Source of the DNA: Mobula hypostoma | Lineage: Eukaryota | DNA: 64,000 nucleotides | Assembly: GCF_963921235.1 (NCBI RefSeq) | Contig: NC_086097.1 | Coordinates: 254,698,001 to 254,762,000, forward strand | Reading direction: 5' to 3' | Shown: piece after piece, positions 24,374 through 34,079 of the stretch | How the letters are laid out: each line of letters starts with the position of its first letter | Numbering within the stretch: position 1 is the stretch's first letter | Made by a program: the position numbers and the translations under genes | The notes under the pieces: model-generated | What the model saw: only the letters and a program-made list of their open reading frames with translations | Told to the model about the DNA's origin: nothing | Database searches by the model: none

Positions 24374-27300
24374 ATGGAGTCTATTATTAATTTTGTCTCC
24401 TGGAATACTAATGGTCTTAATCATCCTATTAAAAGGAAAAAAGTTTTTAAAGTGTTCCGGAGACTTAAAGCACAAATTTTATTTTTACAAGAGACCCATG
24501 TACGGAGGGGGGACAGACTACGTTTTTTCAAATTCTGGAAGGGCCAACAATTTCATTCGAACTCCAATGCTAAGATTCGAGGCGTCTCTATTTTTATAGA
24601 CTCCTCAGTTACTTTTATACAACAGGATATTATCTCTGATCCGAATGGTAGATTTTTACTGGTTAGTGGTTTACTATTTAATAAAAAAGTAGTTTTGGTT
24701 AATGTTTATGCTCCTAATATGGATTGTCCGGAATTTTATAAATCATTGTTTGATCAGTTTCCGAATTTGAACGAGTTTTCATTGATTTGGGGCGGAGATC
24801 TTAATACCTGTTTATCTCCAGCTTTGGACCGTTCGGCTCCTTTACGGACTTTACCTAATAAATCTGCAAATTTGATTAATTTTTTCCTTTCTGATTCTGG
24901 GTCGACGGACATTTGGCGTTTTCTGCATCCTCAGGAAAAAGATTTTTCCTTCTTTTCACATGTTCATCATTCCTATTCAAGAATTGATTATTTTTTCATT
25001 GATTCTCGTCTCATTCCTTCAGTGATTAAATGTGATTATGATTCTATAACCATTTCGGATCATGCTCCACTTAAGCTTTCTATTAAAATTATGGCCAATA
25101 TACCAAACAATAGACAATGGCGTTTTAATTCGCTGTTGCTTCAGGACTCGGACTTTGTTAATTTTATGAATGAACAGATTGAGCTTTTTTTTACAATTAA
25201 CCATACAGAAGATATTTCGGTTAACACTCTTTGGGACACTTTTAAAGCCTATATTCGGGGTCAGATTATTTCGTATTCCGTTGCTTTGAGGAAGAAACAG
25301 AAGCAGGAGGAGATGGCAATTGTGGACAAGATTAAAGAAATTGATAAGAAATATGTTATGGCTCCTTCTGAGGAGCTATACAAACAAAGAACTGAACTTC
25401 AAATGGAACACAGTTTACTACTCTCGTCCTCGATTGTAAACCAATTAAAGAAAACAAGAAGTGATTTTTATGTTCACAGTGATAAAATTGGCAAGCTGCT
25501 GGCTAATCAATTGAAATCTAATTATGTTAAATCTCAAATCAATCAGATTTATAACCAAAATGATCGATTGATATTGGATCATGTGGGGATTAATCAAACC
25601 TTTTGTGATTTTTATTCTTCTTTATATCAATCAGAGTCTCCTCGAGATTCTAAATATATGAATGATTTTTTAGATAAGTTAGACTTCCCTCAGATTTCAC
25701 AGGATATGTCTTCTTTATTAGATACTTCCATTACAATGGATGAGATTAAGAATGTTATTTTTTCTATGAATCTGGGGAAAGCTCCTGGCCCTGATGGGTT
25801 TACCGTTGAATTTTATAAATGTTTTGCTTCTTTATTGATTCCTTGGCTCTATAAGGTTTTTGAGGCTTCTTTGAAACTTGGTAAACTTCCGGAATCTTTT
25901 AATAGAGCATCAATTTCTTTAATACTAAAGAAGGATAAAGACCCTGCTCAATGTGCATCTTATAGACCAATATCTTTATTAAATGTTGATTCTAAAGTTT
26001 TTTCTAAGTTATTAGCAAATAGACTAGAAAAAGTACTTCCTTCTATTATTTCGGAAGACCAAACGGGTTTTATTAAAGGTCGTTACTCTTTTTATAATAT
26101 TCGTACATTGTTAAATATCGTTTATACTCCCTCACAAAATGTTCCTGAGTGTGTTATTTCTTTAGATGCCGAGAAAGCTTTTGATAGAGTAGAATGGCCT
26201 TATTTATTTAAGGTGCTTGAAATGTTTAATTTTAGCTTGAAATTTATATCCTGGATTAAACTGTTATATCACTCCCCTGTAGCCTCGGTTCGTACTAACT
26301 CCTTAAACTCACCTTTTTTTCCTCTCTTTCGTGGTACTCGACAAGGCTGTCCTCTTAGTCCCCTATTATTTGATATTGCATTAGAACCTCTTGCAATTGC
26401 TATTCGAGAATCTTCAAATATTACTGGGATAACTCGGGGATTAAAGTCCCATAAATTATCACTCTATGCTGATGATTTACTTTTATATATTTCTAATCCT
26501 GAGAGATCCATTCCTGCTGTTTTAGAGTTATTAGCACAATTTGGTCTTTTCTCAGGTTATAAATTAAATCTTAGTAAGAGTGAACTTTTTCCGATTAATA
26601 AACATCTTCCCTTAAATTATAAATTTCCATTTAAATTGATTAATAATTACTTTTCATATCTTGGGATTAAAATTACTTGTAAACATAAAGATTTATTTAA
26701 GACTAACTTTTTACCATTAATAGACCATATTACTCAACTTTCATCTAAATGGTTTCCCTTATATTTAACTTTGATTGGTCGTATTAATGCAGTTAAGATG
26801 TTTTTTTTGCCAAAATTTTTATATGTGTTTCAGGCATTACCAATTTTCGTTCCTAAATCTTTTTTTGATAAAGTTGACTCTAAAATTTCTTCATTTATTT
26901 GGCAGAATAAGAATCCGAGACTGGGTAAAATACATTTACAGAAAGCTAAGAGAGATGGAGGTTTAGCATTACCTAACTTTAGATTTTATTATTGGGCTAT
27001 TAATATTCGACATATGAAATTTTGGTTACTTGACCGGGACATACTATCTATTCCTAAATGGGTAGCATTGGAATTACAATCTGTTCAGGGTTATACACTT
27101 GGTTCTATTTTAGGTTCCTCTCTTCCTTTTGATTCGAAACGCCTTAAGCAGGTCTCTAACCCGATAGTTAAATATGCTTTGCGCATTTGGTTTCAATTCA
27201 GAAAATTTTTTGATCTTAATCAATTCGGGTTAGCGATTCCTATTTTAGGCAACATATTTTTTCCTCCCTCTTTTACGGATCGCGCTTTTCAAACTTGGAA

Positions 27301-28150
27301 GACTAAGGGTATTTTACGGTTTTTGGATTTATTTTTAGATGGTTCCCTTATGTCTTTTGAACAATTATCTAATAAATATAACTTATCAAGAATACATTTT
27401 TTTAGATATTTACAAGTTAGAAATTTCCTAAGTACTATACTTTCTTCCTTTCCAATGCTTCCTCCTATATATATTTTAGATTCGATAATTAACCTTAATC
27501 CATGTCAGAAAGGTGCATCGGCTATGATTTATAATATTATTATGAAACTTAGGAAAGCTCCATTTGATAAGATTAGGGTAGATTGGGAACAGGAATTGGG
27601 GCTTACCATTTCTGTGGATGATTGGGGGCAGATTTTACAATTAGTTAATACTTCCTCTATTTGTGCTAAACATTCCCTAATTCAATTTAAAGTGGTTCAT
27701 AGAGCACATATGTCCAAAGATAAGTTAGCGCGTTTTTACTCGCATATTAATCCTTTCTGTGATAGATGTTCGGGGCAGATAGCCTCTTTAACTCATATGT
27801 TTTGGTCTTGCCCTACTTTGGAAACTTTTTGGAGAGATATTTTCAATATTATTTCTAAGGTATTAAATATAGATATCTCTCCTCACCCTATTACTGCTAT
27901 CTTTGGACTACCTAAAATTTCTAGTAATCTTTCCCCTTCAGCCCGTAGAATGATTGCATTTCTTACTTTAATGGCGAAAAGATGTATTTTACAACATTGG
28001 AAAGAGCTTAATGCTCCAACTACCTTTTTTTGGTTTTCTCAGACGATTTTATGTTTGAATCTGGAGAAAATTAGAAGTAACCTTTATGATTCTTCATTTA
28101 AATTTGAACAGATTTGGGGACCTTTTATTCGATATTTTCATTTAATGTAA
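24374..28150 (+). CDS. L1 ORF2p (APE endonuclease, reverse transcriptase, CCHC), 1258 aa from the ATG at 24374
   Basis: SWNTNGL, LQETH, VYAPN, GGDLN, SRIDY, SDH; KAPGPDG, YRPISLL, DAEKAFD, GTRQGCPLSP, YADD, YLGI; CDRC..HMFWSC; no internal stops. Confidence 0.97.
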   Translation: MESIINFVSWNTNGLNHPIKRKKVFKVFRRLKAQILFLQETHVRRGDRLRFFKFWKGQQFHSNSNAKIRGVSIFIDSSVTFIQQDIISDPNGRFLLVSGLLFNKKVVLVNVYAPNMDCPEFYKSLFDQFPNLNEFSLIWGGDLNTCLSPALDRSAPLRTLPNKSANLINFFLSDSGSTDIWRFLHPQEKDFSFFSHVHHSYSRIDYFFIDSRLIPSVIKCDYDSITISDHAPLKLSIKIMANIPNNRQWRFNSLLLQDSDFVNFMNEQIELFFTINHTEDISVNTLWDTFKAYIRGQIISYSVALRKKQKQEEMAIVDKIKEIDKKYVMAPSEELYKQRTELQMEHSLLLSSSIVNQLKKTRSDFYVHSDKIGKLLANQLKSNYVKSQINQIYNQNDRLILDHVGINQTFCDFYSSLYQSESPRDSKYMNDFLDKLDFPQISQDMSSLLDTSITMDEIKNVIFSMNLGKAPGPDGFTVEFYKCFASLLIPWLYKVFEASLKLGKLPESFNRASISLILKKDKDPAQCASYRPISLLNVDSKVFSKLLANRLEKVLPSIISEDQTGFIKGRYSFYNIRTLLNIVYTPSQNVPECVISLDAEKAFDRVEWPYLFKVLEMFNFSLKFISWIKLLYHSPVASVRTNSLNSPFFPLFRGTRQGCPLSPLLFDIALEPLAIAIRESSNITGITRGLKSHKLSLYADDLLLYISNPERSIPAVLELLAQFGLFSGYKLNLSKSELFPINKHLPLNYKFPFKLINNYFSYLGIKITCKHKDLFKTNFLPLIDHITQLSSKWFPLYLTLIGRINAVKMFFLPKFLYVFQALPIFVPKSFFDKVDSKISSFIWQNKNPRLGKIHLQKAKRDGGLALPNFRFYYWAINIRHMKFWLLDRDILSIPKWVALELQSVQGYTLGSILGSSLPFDSKRLKQVSNPIVKYALRIWFQFRKFFDLNQFGLAIPILGNIFFPPSFTDRAFQTWKTKGILRFLDLFLDGSLMSFEQLSNKYNLSRIHFFRYLQVRNFLSTILSSFPMLPPIYILDSIINLNPCQKGASAMIYNIIMKLRKAPFDKIRVDWEQELGLTISVDDWGQILQLVNTSSICAKHSLIQFKVVHRAHMSKDKLARFYSHINPFCDRCSGQIASLTHMFWSCPTLETFWRDIFNIISKVLNIDISPHPITAIFGLPKISSNLSPSARRMIAFLTLMAKRCILQHWKELNAPTTFFWFSQTILCLNLEKIRSNLYDSSFKFEQIWGPFIRYFHLM

Positions 28151-28977
28151 TATTTACCCTTCTTGTTTTTTTTTTCACTGTTTTAATGGAGGTCGGGATT
28201 GAGGACGTGATTTTAAGTTTAACTCTGTTTGGTTTCAAGTTAGCCCATTGCTTTGCTTTGCTTTTAGGTAGTTGCACGGTGGGTTTTTTTTTGGGGGGTT
28301 TTTTTTTCTTTTTTTTTCCATTGATATATATAAAATCTAGTATACTATTATGTTATCTTGGTTTCTTATGCTTAAATTACATTGTTTGTAGTATTTTCTT
28401 TTTGGTATTGTTATCTTTTGGAATTTTATTGTACTTTAACATTGTATTAATGTTTATATGGCTTACCTTTTTTGTATACTTACTCAATAAAAAGATTTAA
28501 AAAGAAATAAAGCTACAAGAAAGGAAAAGATGAAATATGAGGACAGACTAGCTAATAATATAAAGCAAGTTACCAAAAGTTGATTCAGTAATATAGAGTG
28601 CAAGGGTGGTGAGAGTTGATATTGGACCACTGGAAAATGATGCTGGTGAGGTAGTAATGGGGGACAAAGAAATGGCAGATAAAATTAATGAGTACTTTGT
28701 TTGGGTCTTCACTGGTAGTACACTAAAACACTAGTAGTGTGCCAGAGGTCCGTGAGGGTCAGGGAGCCATTGCTATTACAAAGGAAAAAGTGCTAGGCAA
28801 ACTCAAAGGTCTTAAGGTGGATAAGTCACCTGGGCCAGATGGACTACATCCCAGAGTCCTGAGAGGGTTTGCTAAAGAGACAACGGATGTATTGGTCATG
28901 ACCTTTCAAGAATCACTTGACTCTGGCATGGTCCCAGACGACTGGAAGATAGCAAATTTCACTCCACTCTTTAAGTT

Positions 28978-29389
28978 GCTGTGGGCAGAACTGAAAAAGT
29001 GTGTGCGAGCAAGGAGGCCTACAAACCTGACTCAGTTACACCAGTTCTGTCTGGAGGAATGGAACAAAATTCCAGCAACTTACTGTGAGAAGCTTGTGGA
29101 AGGCTACCCAAAATGTTTGACCCAAATTAAACAATTTAAAGGCAACGCTACAAAATACTAACAAAGTGCATGTAAACTTCTGACCCACTAGGAAAGTGAT
29201 GAAAGAAATAAAAGCTGAAATAAATCATTCTCTCTACTATTATGCTGACATTTCACATTTTTAAAATAAAGTAGTGATCCTAACTGACCTAAGACAGGGA
29301 ATGTTTTCTAGGATTAAATGTCAGGAATTGTGAAAAACTGAGTTTAAAAGTATTTGGCTAAGGTGTATGTAAACATCTGACTTCAACTG
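28978..29389 (+). mobile_element. Tc1 IR/DR (Sleeping Beauty-like) transposon 3' end: transposase C-terminus plus right inverted repeat
   Basis: LWAELKKCVRARRPTNLTQLHQFCLEEW..IPATYC.KLVEGYPK.LTQ.KQFKGNATKY*; inner and outer DRs (atgtaaac.tctgac); ends GACTTCAACTG followed by TA. Confidence 0.93.
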
Positions 29390-30196
29390 TATATGGCAAG
29401 AATGCAGGTCTGTGGGTTGAGTGGGATCTGGTATCAGCCATGATGGAATGGTGGATCAGATTTGCTGGGCTGAATGGCCTAATTCTGTTCCTATGTTTTA
29501 CGGTCTTATGGTATCATCTCTCTATTTCTTCTACCAAATGTACTGCATTTGTCACCTCTTTGCCCTTTCTCTTAATCTTTCCAAATCCTTCTGTAGCACC
29601 TCTACTTCCTCAAAACTACCTGCCCCTCCACCTGCCTTGATATCGTCTGCAAACTTTGCAAAAAAGCTACCAATGCTCATCCAGATCATTGACATATAAT
29701 GGAAAGATAATCAGTCCCAACACAGACCCCCATGTAACACCACTGGTCAGCTGTAGCCAAGCAGAAAAAGCTCCGTTTATTCCCACTTTTTACCTCCTGC
29801 CAATCAGCCGCTGCTTTATTCATGCCAGAATCTTACCTGTAATACCATGGCCTCATAGCAACCTCGTGTGTGGGACCTTGTAAAAGGCCTTCTGAAAATC
29901 CAAGTATAAAACATCAACCAATACTTCTTTGTCTAGCTTGCTATTTCTTCAAAGAATTACAACAGATTTGTCAAGCAAGATTTTCCCATGAGGAAACCAA
30001 GCTGACTATGACCTATTTTATCAGGTGCCTCCAAGTACCCTGAAACCTCATTCTTGATAATCGACTCCAACATCTTCGCAACCACTGAGGTCAGACTAAC
30101 TGGCCTATAGTTTCATTTCTTCTGCCTCTCTCCCTTGAAGAGTGGAGTGACATTTGCAATTTTCCACTCTACCGGAACCATTCCAGAATCTAGTAG

Positions 30197-30540
30197 TAGA
30201 GCTTTGACCAGTGACTACTCCAGACAGTGGGAGTTTGAGAGGAGGGGATTTCACTCGGGTCCACTGCCCAAGGAGGAAAAGGGAGCAGTGTGTTGCGGCA
30301 GTGCAATAGAGTTTTGTCCAGTGACTTCTCAGACATCGGAAATTTGAGAGGAGGGGATTTCACTCAGGTCCACTGCTAAGTAAACAGAAGAGAGCAGCAG
30401 ATCCCAGTGGTGTAGTAGATCTTTGACCAGCGACTAATCCGGACATCACAAGTCTGAGAGTAAGTGATTTCATTCAGGTTCACTGCAAGAGTAGAGAAAA
30501 GGATCAGAGGGTTGTGGAAGCGTAATAGAGATTTGATCAG
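30197..30540 (+). repeat. Tandem array of ~110-bp units (3 full plus a partial)
   Basis: Unit starts at 30197, 30307, 30416, 30526; core tttgagaggaggggatttcactcaggtccactgc. Confidence 0.85.
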
Positions 30541-30834
30541 TTTTTTCCCCCCACTGGGGTTGGGTGAAAGCAGAGCTGGAGGTCATGGGGAGGTCATGAC
30601 AAGTTAGGCAAAAGCCAGCACGGTTTCCTTAAGGGAAAATCCTGCTTGACTAACCTAGTGTAATTGTTTGAGGAAAGGAGATGTAGTAGACGTGGTGTAT
30701 TTGAATTTTCAGAAGGCCTTTGACAAGGTGCCACAAATGAGGCTGCTTAGCAAGAGCTCATGGAATTACAGGGAAGTTACTAGTGTGGGTGGAGCATTGG
30801 CTAGTCGGCAGAAAACAGAGTGGGAATAAATGGA

Positions 30835-32193
30835 AACACGAGGAATTCTGCAGATGCTGGAAATTCAAGCAACACACATCAAAGCTGCTGGTGAATGCAG
30901 CAGGCCAGTCAGCATCTCTAGGAAGAGGTACAGTCGACGTTTCAGGCCAAGACCCTTCATCAGGCCTAACTGAAAGAAGAGCTAGTAAGAGATTTGAAAG
31001 TGGGAGGGGGAGGGGGAGATCCAAAATGATAGAAGACAGGAGGGGGAGGGATGGAGCCAAGAGCTGGACAGGTGATTGGCAAAAGGAATATGAGAGGATC
31101 ATGGGACAGGAGACCCAGGGAGAAGGAAAAGGGGGATGGGGGGAAAAACTCAGAGGACGGGCAAGGGGTATAGTCAGAGGGAGAAAAAGGAGAGAGAGAG
31201 AAAGAATGTGAGTACATAAATAAATAACGGATGGGGTATGAGGGGGAGGTAGGGTATTAGCGGTGGGTTTGATCCCACCACTAAGCACATCTTTCCCTCA
31301 CCCCCCTCTGCTTTCCGCAGGGATCGCTCCCTACGCAACTCCCTTGTCCATTCGTCCCCCCCATTCCTCCCCACTGATCTCCCTCCTGGCACTTATCCTT
31401 GTAAGCGGAACAAGTGCTACATATGCCCTTACACTTCCTCCCTTACCACCATTCAGGGCCCCAGACAGTCCTTCCAGGTGAGACATTTCACCTGTGAGTC
31501 GGCTGGGGTGATATACTGCGTCCAGTGCTCCTGATGTGGCCTTCTATATATTGGCGAGACCCGACGCAGACTGGGAGATTGTTTTGCTGAACACCTATGC
31601 TCTGTCTGCCAGAGAAAGCAGGATCTCCCAGTGGCCACACATTTTAATTCCACGTCCCAGTCCCATTCTGATATGTCTATCCACGGCCTCCTCTACTGTA
31701 GAGATGAAGCCACACTCAGGTTGGAGGAACAACACCTTATATTCCGTCTGGGAGCCTCCAACCTGATGGCATGAACATTGACTTCTCAAACTTCTGCTAA
31801 TGCCCCACCTCCCCCTCATACCCCATCCGTTATTTATTTATATACACACACACATTCTTTCTCTCTCTCTCCTTTTTCTCCGTCTGTCCCTCGGACTATA
31901 CCCCTTGCCCATTCTCTGGGTTTTTCCCCCTCCCCCTTTTCTTTCTCCCTGGGCCTCCTGTCCCATGATCCTCTCATAGTCTTTTTGCCTATCACCTGTC
32001 CAGCTCTTGGCTCCATCCCTCCCCCTCCTGTCTTCTCCTATCATTTTTGATCTCCCCCTCCCACTTTCAAATCTCGTACTAGTTCTTCCTTCAGTTAGTC
32101 CTGACGAAGGGTCTTGGCCCGAAATGTCGACTGTACCTCTTCCTAGAGATGCTGCCTGGCCTGCTGCGTTCACCAGCAACTTTGATGTGTGTT
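30835..32193. mobile_element. Penelope-like element D with long (~400 bp) inverted arms and a decayed GIY-YIG region
   Basis: 15-bp TSD gtgggaataaatgga (30820, 32194); left arm on minus, right part on plus with the GIY-YIG region at about 31480-31800; a hammerhead motif in each arm. Confidence 0.92.
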
Positions 32194-33652
32194 GTGGGAA
32201 TAAATGGATCCTATTTTGGCTGGCTGCCAGTTACCAGTGGAGTTCCACAGGGGTCAGTGTTGGGACCGCTATTTTTTACGATGTATGTCAATGATTTGGA
32301 CTATGGGATTAATGGATTTGTGGCTAAATTTGCCAATGTTACAAAGATAGGTGGAGGAGCAGGTAGTGTTGAGGAAACAGGGAGCCTGCAGAGGGACTTA
32401 GATAGTTTAGGGGAATGGGAAAAGTGGCAAATGAAATACAATGTTGGAAAGTGTATGGTCATGCACTTTGGTGGAAGAAATAAATGGGCAGACTATTATT
32501 TAGATGGGGAGAGAATTCAAAATGCAGGGATACAAAGGGACTTCGGAGTCCTTGTGCAGGATACCCTAAAGGTTAACCTCCAGGTTGAATCGGTGGTGAA
32601 GAAGGCAAATGCAATGTTGGCATTCATTTCTGGAGGTATAGAATACAAGAGCAGGGATGTGATGTTGAGGCTCTATAAGGCACTGGTGAGACCACACTTG
32701 GAGTATTGTGTTCAGTTTTGGGCTCCTTATTTTAGAAAGGATACACTGACTGACATTGGAGAGGGTTCAGAGAAGATTCATGAGAATGATTCCAGGAATG
32801 AAAGGGTTACCGTATGAGGAACGTCTGGTAGCCCTTGGGCTGTATTCCCTGGAGTTCAGGAGAATGAAGGGGGATCTCATAGAAACATTCCAAATGTTAA
32901 AAGGCCTGAACAGATTAGATATGGCAAAGTTATTTCCCATGTTAGGGGATTCTAGGACAAGAGGGCATGACTTCAGGATTGAAGGACGTCCTTTTAGAAC
33001 GGAGAAATTACTTTAGTCAGAGGGTGGTAAATCTGTGGAATTTGTTGCCACGAGTGACTGTGTAGGCCAAGTGGGCCAGATGGCCTACTTCTGCTTCTAT
33101 AGCTTTTGGTCTTGTGGTCTGAATCATCCTGAGTGGTTGCATCATGGTCAGGTTGAATTTGAATGGGCAGGAATGCAAGAAGCTGCAAAGAGTATTGGAT
33201 TCTGTCCAATACATCACAGGCACAAACCTCCCCACCATCAGTCGTCTCTGCAGGAAGCACTGCCTTAAGACGACAATACCCTTCTTCAAAGATCCCCACC
33301 ACCCGGGCCATGTCATTTTCTGACAACCACCACCGGGCAGGAGGTACAAAAGCCTAAAACTTCACACCACCAGGTTCAGGAACAGTTACCTCCCTTCACC
33401 ATTTGGTTCTTGAGCCAAGCTGTGCAACCCAAGTCACTACTGTGACCACTTTGGACTATAACGGGCTTGCTTTGCTCTGATTGTGTTTTATTTGAACAAA
33501 AATTATAATGTTTTTATGTTTTTCTTGTGAGTGCTGCTTATCGGATGCTCTGTGTCTAAGTGATCTGCGAGTAAGTTTTTCATTTCACCTGTACACACGT
33601 GTACTTGTGCAGATGACAATAACCTTGACTTTGAAATGGTGAAATTCCATAC

Positions 33653-33825
33653 CGTACTTTTGGCTGTAGCTGGCGTCACAATCACTTCCCTCATCAATCC
33701 ATGAGGATTCTGCAAGAGGATAACTGGCTCCACTGAAGAGTTGGCTGTTCAGCCATGAACCTGAGGAATCCATGGAAAAGAAGCTTGCAAACGATCGACG
33801 AGCCTTTCTCCTCCGTCGGAAAACT
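33653..33825 (-). CDS. TMEM71: TMEM71 coding exon 4, (R)VFRRRRKARRSFASFFSMDSSGSWLNSQLF...
   Basis: cctgcag acceptor, G|gtatgg donor; 173 nt, phase 2 to 1; resembles recalled human RIFRKKKRICHSFSSLF...SWL. Confidence 0.92.
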
Positions 33826-34079
33826 CTGCAGGATTGCAAAATCAGTTCCTTCAGCATAGGACTGGAGATGGAATAGGGTGTTAGATATCAGTTCCAATGC
33901 CCTGAGCCACTTCTACCGATGGATAAACACACACCTCAAATGTTCAAATGCAACCATATCCTACCCTCCAAACAAGAATTGATGAAAATTGAGGACCCCG
34001 AGGGTCCTGGACATGGGGATGCTTCGAGGACACTTCCCTCACTGGGAGGGCAGGAGATCCAGAACTGTGGCAAAAGTAT

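Larger units (their letters stand above)
22595..28504 (+). mobile_element. Full-length, apparently intact L1-clade LINE
   Basis: TSD aaataaagctacaagaaa(gg) at 22577 and 28505; 5' end GGGGAGACTTCCGG; two intact ORFs; AATAAA at 28486 and a short A-rich tail; inserted in a CR1 inside a TMEM71 intron. Confidence 0.97.
20540..28975 (+). mobile_element. Decayed CR1 (ORF1 end, EN, start of RT) split by the solo LTR and the intact L1
   Basis: LKVLYLNA, GFLQQFV.EPT, KSPGPDGLHP motifs on both sides of the insertions. Confidence 0.85.
29510..33125. mobile_element. CR1 RT fragments: minus at about 29510-30195, plus at about 30590-33125 (hosts PLE D)
   Basis: GVPQGSVLGP, RPHLEYCVQFW, MRGDLIE-type motifs. 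Confidence 0.85.

Noticed and set aside
33826..33865. Upstream acceptor (ctccag) extending TMEM71 exon 4
   Set aside because: Homology ENLVR|xFR indicates the acceptor at 33826.
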